From the IMG/VR virus record IMGVR_UViG_3300025162_000052, positions 3,309-67,308 of that record: a DNA stretch of 64,000 bases. One strand, given 5' to 3'. Position 1 is the first letter of the stretch. Each line of letters starts with the position of its first letter. The translations under genes and the position numbers were made by a program. Of this stretch, positions 7,710 through 17,425 are shown one piece after another. A model generated the notes under the pieces. That model was not told the origin of the DNA, searched no databases, and saw nothing but the letters and a program-made list of their open reading frames with translations. The stretch comes from a virus.

Positions 7710-8407
7710 TAGATTTATTTACATTTTGTTATAACGAAGAGTTTATGATACCATTTTTTATAAGGCACTATAGTACTATAGTAGATAGTATAACAGTATA
7801 TGATAATAAAAGTACTGATAGATCATGTGAAATATTAATATACGAATGTCTTAAATATAGAATTCCATTAACTATTATAAAATATGATACGGAAAATCAG
7901 CAAGATGAATTCAAATTAATAGAATTAAAAAGTACAGTGTGGAAAGATTCTAAAGCTGATTATGTAATAGTATGTGATATGGATGAATTTATAGATTTAT
8001 GTAACTTTGAAAATGAATTAGAAAAAAGATATAGTATTTATAAATTAGAAGGGTATCAAATGTATAGTAAATTAGAAGAATTAGAATATTTAAAACCTAT
8101 AACGGAACAAATTAGAACAGGAATAAAAGATACATTATATGATAAATGTATATTATTCAAACCTACTATAAATGAAATAAAATATAGTGTAGGCGCACAC
8201 GTATGTTATAATGATAATATATACAATAGTAATATAAAATTATTACATTATAAAAATATAGGAATTAATAGAACTTTAAAATTATTTAAAGAACGTCAAT
8301 TTAGAACTAATAAAATGTTTGAATTAAATATGGATTGGCATTATAGATTACCACAACAAGAAATAATAGATAAATTTGAAATTGGAACTAAACAACAAAT
8401 AATTTAA
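7706..8407 (+). CDS. glycosyltransferase family 2-like
   Basis: Motifs CYNEE..IPFFIRHY, VYDNKSTD, ADYVIVCDMDEF, GAH and LLHYK. Confidence 0.85.
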   Translation: MIDLFTFCYNEEFMIPFFIRHYSTIVDSITVYDNKSTDRSCEILIYECLKYRIPLTIIKYDTENQQDEFKLIELKSTVWKDSKADYVIVCDMDEFIDLCNFENELEKRYSIYKLEGYQMYSKLEELEYLKPITEQIRTGIKDTLYDKCILFKPTINEIKYSVGAHVCYNDNIYNSNIKLLHYKNIGINRTLKLFKERQFRTNKMFELNMDWHYRLPQQEIIDKFEIGTKQQII

Positions 8408-8408
8408 T

Positions 8409-8579
8409 ATGCCAGTAACAACATATCCTATTAACGGAAAAGGTGAAAATGAATATTGTGTAGATGAAATTATACAATATACAGATGATGTAGATTATCA
8501 AAAAAGTTCACCAACAATATTTGAAACTAATTTTGAACAAAAACTATTTGGAATAAATGAGCAAACTGAAAAAGACTAA
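8409..8579 (+). CDS. small acidic hypothetical protein
   Basis: 56-aa ORF MPVTTYPINGKG...EKD*; starts 1 nt after the upstream stop. Confidence 0.5.
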   Translation: MPVTTYPINGKGENEYCVDEIIQYTDDVDYQKSSPTIFETNFEQKLFGINEQTEKD

Positions 8580-8988
8580 AATAATTGATGAAGATTTAAT
8601 CACAATTGAAAGTGATTTTAAAAAAGCTATAATTAATCAATCTCATAGTTTATATAAACCTAAATATTATAAAGCAGGAGAATTTGATGTAATAGAATTC
8701 TGTAATAGACATGAATTAGGGTTTAGTGAAGGTAATATAATTAAATATATAACACGTGCTGGAAAGAAAGATAGTAAGACTAAATTAGAAGATTTAAATA
8801 AAGCTAAAGAATATTTAGATAGATTAATTAAATGGAATAACACTAATATAATAAGTATTGATTTAGCAAGTAAAGAATATGGAGACACATATAAACAACT
8901 ACAAAAAGAAGTACCTGATATGGATGAAGATTATTATTTAAGAAATACTATAAATATAATTAAAAATAAACGTTTGAATAATGAATGA
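8557..8988 (+). CDS. DUF3310 (T7 gp1.7 nucleotide kinase-like) protein
   Basis: P.YY..G...VI.F......F..GNIIKY..RAGKK.....EDL.KA..YL signature. Confidence 0.85.
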   Translation: MSKLKKTKIIDEDLITIESDFKKAIINQSHSLYKPKYYKAGEFDVIEFCNRHELGFSEGNIIKYITRAGKKDSKTKLEDLNKAKEYLDRLIKWNNTNIISIDLASKEYGDTYKQLQKEVPDMDEDYYLRNTINIIKNKRLNNE

Positions 8989-9256
8989 ACAAAAACAACA
9001 AGAATTACAACTTAAAGTCGAGAAAGCACAAAAAGAAGGATTAATGTTATATCCATTTGATATAGTTACTAATCAAGAGACTGGAGAATATGAGAGAGTA
9101 GTATTATTTGAAGAAGAATTAACAGATGAACATAAACAATATTTACTACAGAACTTAACTCAATTATTTAGAACATTACCAAAAGATGTACAAGATAAGT
9201 TTGTACAAATAGTTAGTAAAACTAAATTAACTGATAAATTAATAATTACAAATTAA
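8981..9256 (+). CDS. hypothetical protein
   Basis: Coupled ORF within the operon. Confidence 0.7.
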   Translation: MNEQKQQELQLKVEKAQKEGLMLYPFDIVTNQETGEYERVVLFEEELTDEHKQYLLQNLTQLFRTLPKDVQDKFVQIVSKTKLTDKLIITN

Positions 9257-9261
9257 ATAAT

Positions 9262-9609
9262 ATGCAAATAGAAAATTTTGATAAATTACAAGAATTAAGT
9301 GAAGATTATAAAACCTATTCTGAAGTAGTAAAAGAATATGAGAAGTATTTAGAAATAGGTGAAGTAGGAATGATTAAAATTGATTTAGTAGCTAAAGATA
9401 ATTTATGTGTAGAAGATCATAAATTAGTAGTTGAAAATCCATTAACACAAGGATCAATACATAGAGCTTTTAGTAAAGGAAAAAGAATATATACTATAGG
9501 TAGTAAAGATAAAGAAATGGGTGAAACAATGTGGAAATTTATGATAAATTTCTATAAAGAAAAAGCTAATAAAATTAAAGAAGAATTTGAGTCAATTAAA
9601 ATTAAATAA
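9262..9609 (+). CDS. hypothetical protein
   Basis: Coupled ORF within the operon. Confidence 0.7.
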   Translation: MQIENFDKLQELSEDYKTYSEVVKEYEKYLEIGEVGMIKIDLVAKDNLCVEDHKLVVENPLTQGSIHRAFSKGKRIYTIGSKDKEMGETMWKFMINFYKEKANKIKEEFESIKIK

Positions 9610-9611
9610 CT

Positions 9612-10118
9612 ATGGAACTTAAAAAGAGAATATCAGAAGAAGTAGAAAAACTACTTAATGAACGAATTAAAGGTGAATATCAATCAGCATACATTTATTG
9701 GGCTATGTCTAATTGGTGTGATTGTTATGGATTCTTTAAAGCTAAAGATAAATATCGTAAGTATGGTGATGAAGAAATTAGTCATGCTAGAAAATTAGAA
9801 GATTATATTAATGATAGGAATGGTAAAGTAGTGTTACAAGTTATTCCTGTACCACAACAAGAATTTAAATCATTACTAGATGTTATTACTAAATCTTATG
9901 AGCATGAACAAGTAGTAACAGATAATTATACTAAATTAGCAAGTGCAATATTTAATACTGATAAAGTAACGTTTGCAGAATTACAATGGTTTGTTACTGA
10001 ACAAATAGAAGAAGAAGCTAAGTTTGCTGATGCTATTATATTTGCTAACAGATTAGGTATTACAGATGAAACAACTGGTGTAGAGTTAGCAGAATTAGAA
10101 GATTTTCTTACTAAATAA
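9612..10118 (+). CDS. ftnA: non-heme ferritin
   Basis: LLNE.I..E..SAY.Y.AM..W, EE..HA, EHE..VT and LQWFV.EQ.EEE ferroxidase-centre pattern; 168 aa. Confidence 0.88.
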   Translation: MELKKRISEEVEKLLNERIKGEYQSAYIYWAMSNWCDCYGFFKAKDKYRKYGDEEISHARKLEDYINDRNGKVVLQVIPVPQQEFKSLLDVITKSYEHEQVVTDNYTKLASAIFNTDKVTFAELQWFVTEQIEEEAKFADAIIFANRLGITDETTGVELAELEDFLTK

Positions 10119-10120
10119 AT

Positions 10121-10321
10121 GTGGTTTTAACATTAGATCAAGTTAAAGTACTAGCAGATAGACTATGTAACCGTACAGGAATAAAATATATAGTCTATTT
10201 ATGCAGTACTGGAACTTACGAATTAACTGAAATTAATAATAGAAGTAAGTTGAAAAAAGAACAAATAAAATACATAACTGGAGAAAATAATGGTAAAACA
10301 AGTACGATTAGGAGTAAATGA
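10121..10321 (+). CDS. hypothetical protein
   Basis: 66-aa ORF with GTG start, within the operon. Confidence 0.55.
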   Translation: MVLTLDQVKVLADRLCNRTGIKYIVYLCSTGTYELTEINNRSKLKKEQIKYITGENNGKTSTIRSK

Positions 10322-10688
10322 ACTTACCTTCTATAAATCATATATAGGAATAATAAATATTTTATATAAGTTAGAACTTACTAGACAACAACAATATATG
10401 TTTGCTGAATTGTTATATCAGAATAATAAGTATAAAGATTTAACTAGAGAAGAACGAAATGTAATTATATTTAGTACTGTTATTCGAAAGGAAATGATGG
10501 ATAGATTAAAAGTAGATGTAGGTACATTTAATAATAATATAAGTTTATTTAGAAAACAAAAGGGATTACAAGGAAGTATTATACAAGGTAAAGAGTTAAA
10601 TGAAAATTATATAGTATATCCAGATAAAGATAATCAAATTAATATTAATTTACAAATAAACTATGGTACAACTCCAGGTATTAAATGA
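10290..10688 (+). CDS. winged-helix DNA-binding protein (RepL-like)
   Basis: LT.....F.ELL...IFS..IRKEM...L......FNN.IS..RK pattern; resembles 61711..62226. Confidence 0.6.
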   Translation: MVKQVRLGVNELTFYKSYIGIINILYKLELTRQQQYMFAELLYQNNKYKDLTREERNVIIFSTVIRKEMMDRLKVDVGTFNNNISLFRKQKGLQGSIIQGKELNENYIVYPDKDNQININLQINYGTTPGIK

Positions 10689-10935
10689 TATAGTTAGAAA
10701 TAAAAAAGATGGTACTCAAAAGTTAATAGCTAAAAATATTAAATGTAGAATATGGGTTAGACCAGATAGAATATTAAGTGTTGGTGAAATAATACGAAAT
10801 AAGAATAATATATATAAAACTAGATGTGAAGTTAGTGTTGAGAATGTTGGTAATCTTATAGTTAATATTAATGTTGATAAGTTAATAGATTTGTTAAGTA
10901 AAAATAAACCATTGGTAGGATATGTCAGACGTTAA
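10663..10935 (+). CDS. hypothetical beta-rich protein
   Basis: 90-aa ORF, coupled. Confidence 0.65.
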   Translation: MVQLQVLNDIVRNKKDGTQKLIAKNIKCRIWVRPDRILSVGEIIRNKNNIYKTRCEVSVENVGNLIVNINVDKLIDLLSKNKPLVGYVRR

Positions 10936-11206
10936 CAGAATACAGGAACAGGAAGGGGTTATTAAGTTATATAGAGAATTAGCACAAGTACATAATATTC
11001 CTATAGCAGAAATTAGAATAATAGTTCGTAGTCAATTTGCATTAATAGCAGATAATATTAGAAATACTAATTTAGAAGATAGTACTACTTATGATTATGC
11101 AAGATTAGTTAATTTTGGAGTATTTTGTATAGATAAATCTGCAATAAATAAATATTTTAGATACAAAAAAATCAATGACAAATTACATAGTGAGTCTTTG
11201 GGGTAG
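10922..11206 (+). CDS. IHF/HU-like DNA-binding protein
   Basis: Two N-terminal helices (LYRELAQ..NIP...I..IVRSQF..I) followed by RLVNFGVF; typical crAss-like IHF upstream of terL. Confidence 0.7.
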   Translation: MSDVNRIQEQEGVIKLYRELAQVHNIPIAEIRIIVRSQFALIADNIRNTNLEDSTTYDYARLVNFGVFCIDKSAINKYFRYKKINDKLHSESLG

Positions 11207-11642
11207 AGAGTATAATATTAAAGAAACTACATCTATAGAATGTATGACTGAAGATACATTATATGAATGTAAATGTGGTAATAAATTTATATGTAAACGG
11301 GGATATAAACCACAATATAAGTATGATAATGATGATATAAAGAAAATGGTTAAAAATAACCCTATACTATATTATGGTAATCAAAAAAATATGGATGAAG
11401 ACTTTAAAACATGTGAGTGTGGTAATAGATTTAACAATATGAAATTATTATATCCTAAATATATCCCATCTATAGCTCCTACAATTAGAATTAGAACTGA
11501 ACCGGATTTAGATATTAGTTATCATGAAGATGAAAGAAAACAAACTAATTGGTGGGAATTAGGTGGTGGTGTAGAAGAGTATAAAGATATACATCATGGG
11601 GATGACCCACATAATAATGATAGAGTAATAAGACAAACATGA
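11175..11642 (+). CDS. zinc-ribbon protein (FmdB-like)
   Basis: YECKCGNKF and CECG cysteine pairs. Confidence 0.6.
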   Translation: MTNYIVSLWGREYNIKETTSIECMTEDTLYECKCGNKFICKRGYKPQYKYDNDDIKKMVKNNPILYYGNQKNMDEDFKTCECGNRFNNMKLLYPKYIPSIAPTIRIRTEPDLDISYHEDERKQTNWWELGGGVEEYKDIHHGDDPHNNDRVIRQT

Positions 11643-12217
11643 ATAAATTAATAGAACTTAATAGTGAAAATAATTTAGTTATACAACCAGAAGCATTAGT
11701 TATAGATGCTTATGCTGTTGTATGGAATAGAGATAAAAGTAAAGATAAAAAGTTGGCGATCAAAGAATTAACATTTGTATATTTTATGTGTAGTTTAGAT
11801 AGATTAAATGTATATAAAGAATATGTACCAGAAGAACGGTTAAAAATGATAAAAGAAGACATGATGCCTAAAGATTGGAAAGTAGATAAAATAATAAAAG
11901 ATGCTATAGAACAATATAAAAAACATAATTATTCAGCTACTACAGAATTAGTAATTGCTGCACAAAAAGCTGCTGATAATTTAAAGAAGTTCTTTGAGGA
12001 AATAGATTTAAATGAACGAGATACTGATACAGGAAAACCTATTCATAAGGCAACAGACTTAATGCGAAATTTAAAAGAGATGGCAGGAGTACGTAAAGGG
12101 TTACAAGAGTTACTACAAATGGAAGAAGAAGAAAAGACAGACAAAGGTAAAGTTAGAGGTGGTGGTAGAATAGGATTATTTGAAAATCATAAAATGGACA
12201 AACAAATAAATATTTAA
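11639..12217 (+). CDS. putative terminase small subunit / conserved crAss-like helical protein
   Basis: Helical protein with a C-terminal KVRGGG, located upstream of terL. The function is inferred from position. Confidence 0.55.
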   Translation: MNKLIELNSENNLVIQPEALVIDAYAVVWNRDKSKDKKLAIKELTFVYFMCSLDRLNVYKEYVPEERLKMIKEDMMPKDWKVDKIIKDAIEQYKKHNYSATTELVIAAQKAADNLKKFFEEIDLNERDTDTGKPIHKATDLMRNLKEMAGVRKGLQELLQMEEEEKTDKGKVRGGGRIGLFENHKMDKQINI

Positions 12218-12218
12218 T

Positions 12219-12539
12219 ATGAGTAATAAATATTACCCAATAGACTTTGCTTATGAAAGAGTAGGAGGAGGAATTGATTTTGTAGGAATACATAATCAAA
12301 TGCCTGGTATAAATTATGGATATTTTTATATAGATTTTGAATGTGACGACAAAGAATATTTTAGAAAAGGTAATGTATTAGTTGATAATACAGGAAAATA
12401 TCAAATAGAGTTAATAGATGAGCCTATTAATTTTAAATATAGAATAAATAGATATAAATGTAGAGTTAATAGTACTAATCCTAATAGTTATATTCCTGTA
12501 GAAAGATTACAGAAAGGGGTACTATGGAAAAAGTTATAA
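12219..12539 (+). CDS. stand-alone paralog of the major capsid insertion domain
   Basis: Aligns end to end with MCP residues ~82-178 (see findings). Confidence 0.7.
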   Translation: MSNKYYPIDFAYERVGGGIDFVGIHNQMPGINYGYFYIDFECDDKEYFRKGNVLVDNTGKYQIELIDEPINFKYRINRYKCRVNSTNPNSYIPVERLQKGVLWKKL

Positions 12540-14764
12540 AGAAATATGATATACCAGAAAATATAATAGAATTTAATATCCCTATACCAATAGATGATAA
12601 TGAGTTATCAACTACATTAGGGCAGTCATATCCACCAGATAGTTTTGAATATAAAATAGTACAGCATTTTTGTAATGGAGAAAAGTTACCAGACTTCTCT
12701 CCATTTTTGCTTACTAGACAATTCTTTCAAGAAAATGGATATTATACTAATTTACGATATAATGGACACCCAGATAGTGCATATTTTAAATTTTGGGAGT
12801 CAGAACAACGTAAATGTATAGATGGTATAGATTGTGATATAGATAGACAAATATGGAAAATAACAGGATATTATTATTGGTATTTAACATTTAGTCCAAT
12901 ACATAGAGTAAAAGAAATAGGTAAAAATCCTATAACTGGTAAAGTAATGTCAGAACGTACTTATGCATTACCTGATATATATGATATAGACTATTTTTGG
13001 TTTTTATATGTAGATGAAGCTAGAAATCGTGGGCAACATGCTAGTTGTTTAAAGAAAAGAGGTATTGGTTTTTCATTTAAAGCTATGAGTATGTTAACTC
13101 GTAATTTTTATATGATACCAAAGAGTAAAGGATATGCTGTGGCGGAATCATGGGATTATCTAACTAAAAAAGATGGTTTAATTAATAAGGTATCGGAACA
13201 TTTAGCATTTATAGATGAATTTACAGCATTTGGTAAAAGGCGTCAAGTAAAAGATACTGATGAGTTAAGAAGAACATCATATTGGGAAACTGATCCTGAA
13301 ACTGGTAATAAAATACAAAAAGGTTATATGTCAGAAATGATAGCTATAACACTAGAAGGTAAGCCAGATAAAATGAGAGGGCTTAGGGGTCAATTAATAT
13401 TATACGAAGAGTCAGGTAATAATGCATGTATACAACAAGCATGGGAGATTAGTAGGAGTTCTGTAGAAGCTGGAGACTATGTGTATGGACAGTTAATATC
13501 GTTTGGAACTGGTGGCACAATTGGTAGTGGGTTTGAGGGGTTAGAGCGTATGACTAGAGATCCTAATAGTTTTAATATATATGGAATACCTAATATATGG
13601 GAACGAAATAGGATACGACAACGAATAGGATTTTTTGTACCAGATTATATATGTAGAGAAGGTAATATAGATAAACATGGTAATTCAGACATATGTACTG
13701 CACTACAATCTGAGTTAAAAGAAAGAGAGACTAAAAAAGGTAATCCATTAGTATTAAGACAAAGAATGGCAGAGCATCCATTTACTATAGATGATGCTAT
13801 TATGCGAACTGATGGTAGTCCATTTGATCTACAAATGATACGTGAACAAAAAGCAGAGTTAATGGTTAATCCTATATATAAAGGGAGTGCTTATGTAGGA
13901 GAGATGATAATTAAAACTGATGGTATAGTAGACTTTAAAGTAAACCCCATATTAAAACCTATAATGGAATTTGATACTAAAAAGGGTAAACGACTAGAGG
14001 AACAAGATGGGTGTATAGTTATTTATGAAATGCCTGTACCAGATAGTAAAGGAAAAATAGGTTTTGGATGGTATGTAGCAGGAACAGATCCTATTAATCT
14101 TGATAGAGATGATGTGAAGGATAATTTTTCATTAGCTAGTACATTTATATTAAATAGATTTACTAGACGTATAGTAGCTGAATATACAGGTAGACCAAGA
14201 TTAGCTGCTACATTTTATGAACAATTACGTAGATTATTACTATTTTATAATTGTCAAACACTATTAGAAGTAAATATAGTAGGTGTATTTGAACATTTTA
14301 ATAAATATAATTGTACACATTTATTAGCTGAAACTCCATCATTATTTAGGGATATGAATATAGGTGCTAGGGGAATGGGTAATAATATAGGTGTTAAATC
14401 TGACCCACGTGGGCAAGTTAAAGCATTAGGTAGACAATATATAATAAAATGGATGGAAGAAGTTATAGAGAATGAAGTAACGGAAAATGGAGAAGTAAAG
14501 ACACGATTCATGTGTAACACTATCAGAAGTATTCCATTACTACAAGAAATGGAACAGTGGTGTAAAGAAGGTAATTATGATAGAATAGACGCATTAAGTT
14601 ATGCATTATTACATTTAGAGGAAAAAGTTAAGATAGTTCAGGATAGAACAAATACTCATAAAAGTGTATTAAATGATCCATTTTGGCATAAATTATCTGG
14701 TAATAGAACTAAACAACCTGCTATAACTATAGATAGAAATGGTATGATAAAAGTACATAATTAA
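12524..14764 (+). CDS. terL: terminase large subunit
   Basis: Walker A-like LKKRGIGFS, MRG.RG, Walker B ILYEESG, FGTGG, nuclease GTDP, LEVN and NYDRIDA. Confidence 0.95.
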   Translation: MEKVIKKYDIPENIIEFNIPIPIDDNELSTTLGQSYPPDSFEYKIVQHFCNGEKLPDFSPFLLTRQFFQENGYYTNLRYNGHPDSAYFKFWESEQRKCIDGIDCDIDRQIWKITGYYYWYLTFSPIHRVKEIGKNPITGKVMSERTYALPDIYDIDYFWFLYVDEARNRGQHASCLKKRGIGFSFKAMSMLTRNFYMIPKSKGYAVAESWDYLTKKDGLINKVSEHLAFIDEFTAFGKRRQVKDTDELRRTSYWETDPETGNKIQKGYMSEMIAITLEGKPDKMRGLRGQLILYEESGNNACIQQAWEISRSSVEAGDYVYGQLISFGTGGTIGSGFEGLERMTRDPNSFNIYGIPNIWERNRIRQRIGFFVPDYICREGNIDKHGNSDICTALQSELKERETKKGNPLVLRQRMAEHPFTIDDAIMRTDGSPFDLQMIREQKAELMVNPIYKGSAYVGEMIIKTDGIVDFKVNPILKPIMEFDTKKGKRLEEQDGCIVIYEMPVPDSKGKIGFGWYVAGTDPINLDRDDVKDNFSLASTFILNRFTRRIVAEYTGRPRLAATFYEQLRRLLLFYNCQTLLEVNIVGVFEHFNKYNCTHLLAETPSLFRDMNIGARGMGNNIGVKSDPRGQVKALGRQYIIKWMEEVIENEVTENGEVKTRFMCNTIRSIPLLQEMEQWCKEGNYDRIDALSYALLHLEEKVKIVQDRTNTHKSVLNDPFWHKLSGNRTKQPAITIDRNGMIKVHN

Positions 14765-14806
14765 AAAAATTATCTATACCAATTTTTTTTTATGAGAATT
14801 TATAAT

Positions 14807-14814
14807 TATCTTTG
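14807..14814 (+). promoter_or_regulatory. -7 promoter element upstream of the portal gene
   Basis: TATCTTTG in an intergenic gap; no clear -33 TTTG. Confidence 0.45.
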
Positions 14815-14843
14815 CTGGTAATTGAAATTTAATAATTAAAATA

Positions 14844-17309
14844 ATGATAACAGGTTTAAGTATTACATCTAGTGTATTCCCAAGTCAATTAGTTGATACT
14901 GAGAAGAAACAAGATGAAAAATGGCAAAAAGATTGTGTAGATGGCGGTATTAATAAAGTACTCTACACAAATGATTATATGAGAAAGAGTAAGCAAGATA
15001 AAGTAGAGAACTATAGTATAGTTCATGGCAAATTTGATAGGAAAAAATTACTAGCACATCTTAATCCATTAATGTTGGAACAGGATGATATGGATGATGA
15101 TGTATATGAATTATTTGGAGATTCAGATGGGTATGCTATTATATTAGCACCATTAAAGACATTATTTGGTGAAGAATTAAAACGTAATTTTGATCCTAGA
15201 GCTTATGTAGTAAATGCAGATGCAGTAAGTGAGAAGGAAAGACTTATTAAAGATAAAGTTAATAAATTTTTAGATGAATTATTACAAGAGCAATTAAGTG
15301 AAGATGAAGTAAAGAAACGAACTGAGCAACTATTACAATGGAAAAATAAAGATGCTCAGACTATACATGAAACAATGGCTAATAATACATTAAAACATTT
15401 TCTACCTAAACAACAGTTTAAATGGAAGATGAATGATTGTTGGAAAGATTTATGTATAGCTGCTGAAGAATCTGTATATATAGGAGATGCTAACGGTGAG
15501 CCTTATATAAGAAAAACTAATCCATTACAAATAATGTGGTATGGTAATGGGCAGTCTAATAAAATACAAGATGCTACTATTATAGTAGAATGGGGATACT
15601 ATAGTATATCTGCTATATTAACAGAATTTGGTAAAAAGATAAAAGAAGAAGATTTAATTAAATTAGAAAATTATCTTAATTATGGGACAACATCTAGTGG
15701 TAGTTTAATTAAAACTGCACAAGTAGCACCATTTGTAAATATACACAATGTAATGTTACCATTAGATGATATGTCATATTCTGAAACAGGATTTTCCCCA
15801 TTTGGTTATACATGGTATGATAGACAAGGTAATATTCTAGTAGTAAGAGTAAATTGGTTGTCTCAACGTAAAATTGGTGATTTAAGTTATCCAGATGAAT
15901 TTGGAGAGACTCAGCATAAATTTGTACCTGAATGGTATAAAGTTAATAAAGATGTTGGAGAAACTGTAGATTGGTTTTGGATAAATGAGTGGATGTCTGG
16001 TATTAAAATAGGATATGATATTTATGCTGATATTAAAGTTAATGAAGTTCAGTATAGAAGTATAACTAATCCAGCAATATGTAGACCACCTTATGTAGGT
16101 ATAGTATCTAATATTAATAGTGGTAGAGCATATAGTATAGTAGATTCTATTAAAGAATTTGCTTATGAATATATAGTATATGCTAAAAAGTTAAAACACC
16201 TATGGTTAACTAACTTAGGTAGAATTGCCAATATAGATACTGCTAGTATTCCTACAGGTATGATGGAAGATGGTAGTAAATGGGATTTAAAACGTTGGTT
16301 TAATTTTATAAAAACACATCGTATAGCACTACGTAATAGTTTTCAAGAAGATAATAAAGGACATGCTGTAGGTAATATGCAGTCTCAAACTGGTTATATA
16401 GATATGACTGCTACTACTGAGATTGACCAAATAATAAGATATTTAGAGTATATAGAATCTAAAATAGATAAACTTAGTGGAGTTAGCCCACAAAGACAAG
16501 GTGATATAGCACCTTCTCAAGGATTAGGTACAAGTAATCAAGCTGTAGCGTATTCAGCAACTCAAACAGAGGATTTGTTTAATATGCATGAGGAATTTAA
16601 ACTAGATGTATTAAGATTCTTTTTAGAACAAGCTAAATGGTGTTTAAAAGATAAAAAAGTATTAGTACAAAATATACTAGATGACCAACAAATAAAACTA
16701 ATAGAGATTGATGGTGCATTATTTTCAGAAGCAGAATATGATATACAAATAACTAATTCGTATAAATTACAAGAATTTGAACGTATATTAAAAGGTGATA
16801 TATTAAGTAGAGCTGTACAAAATGGGTCAGTACAAATATCTGATGTAGCTGAAATGATGTTGTCAAATAGTCCAACTGATATGATTAATAGATTAAAAGT
16901 TGGAGAAAATAAAAAGATAGAAATGGAACAACAAAATCAGCAACAACAATTACAAATGCAACAAAAACAATTAGATGTACAAAGAGAAATGTTAGCATTA
17001 CAGCATAAAAATAAATTAGAAGAAATGGCTTTCCAAAGAGAAACTGATATGATGAAATTACAATTGCAATTACAAGATAAAGCTAATGCTGATGTATTTG
17101 GTCAATATTATAAAGATACTAATTTAAATGGTATAGATGATAATATAGAATTAAAAAAACAAGAATTAGTTAATACTGATAAAGAAAAACAAAGAACACA
17201 TGATGCAACACAATCAGAAAAAGATCGTAAACTACAGTTAGACTTGACTGAAAAAGATAATCAGACTAAATTAAAGATAGCTCATAGTAAAAAAAGTACA
17301 ACTAATTAA
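14844..17309 (+). CDS. portal protein
   Basis: 821 aa, follows terL. L.GEE.KR, W.WINEW..G.KIG, SGVSPQRQG and a Q-rich C-terminal coiled coil as in crAss-like portals. Confidence 0.92.
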   Translation: MITGLSITSSVFPSQLVDTEKKQDEKWQKDCVDGGINKVLYTNDYMRKSKQDKVENYSIVHGKFDRKKLLAHLNPLMLEQDDMDDDVYELFGDSDGYAIILAPLKTLFGEELKRNFDPRAYVVNADAVSEKERLIKDKVNKFLDELLQEQLSEDEVKKRTEQLLQWKNKDAQTIHETMANNTLKHFLPKQQFKWKMNDCWKDLCIAAEESVYIGDANGEPYIRKTNPLQIMWYGNGQSNKIQDATIIVEWGYYSISAILTEFGKKIKEEDLIKLENYLNYGTTSSGSLIKTAQVAPFVNIHNVMLPLDDMSYSETGFSPFGYTWYDRQGNILVVRVNWLSQRKIGDLSYPDEFGETQHKFVPEWYKVNKDVGETVDWFWINEWMSGIKIGYDIYADIKVNEVQYRSITNPAICRPPYVGIVSNINSGRAYSIVDSIKEFAYEYIVYAKKLKHLWLTNLGRIANIDTASIPTGMMEDGSKWDLKRWFNFIKTHRIALRNSFQEDNKGHAVGNMQSQTGYIDMTATTEIDQIIRYLEYIESKIDKLSGVSPQRQGDIAPSQGLGTSNQAVAYSATQTEDLFNMHEEFKLDVLRFFLEQAKWCLKDKKVLVQNILDDQQIKLIEIDGALFSEAEYDIQITNSYKLQEFERILKGDILSRAVQNGSVQISDVAEMMLSNSPTDMINRLKVGENKKIEMEQQNQQQQLQMQQKQLDVQREMLALQHKNKLEEMAFQRETDMMKLQLQLQDKANADVFGQYYKDTNLNGIDDNIELKKQELVNTDKEKQRTHDATQSEKDRKLQLDLTEKDNQTKLKIAHSKKSTTN

Positions 17310-17377
17310 TAGTTATCTATTTGTAATAAAAATATAGTGTCAATAGCTATAATTAAAGTTTATTTTGACTCTAAAAA

Positions 17378-17410
17378 TTTGTAAAATGACAATTAATATA
17401 ATTAAATTTG
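17378..17410 (+). promoter_or_regulatory. Bacteroidota promoter for the scaffold/capsid genes
   Basis: TTTG(17378-81)-N21-TAAATTTG(17403-10). Confidence 0.7.
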
Positions 17411-17425
17411 TGAGATTTAAAAAAA

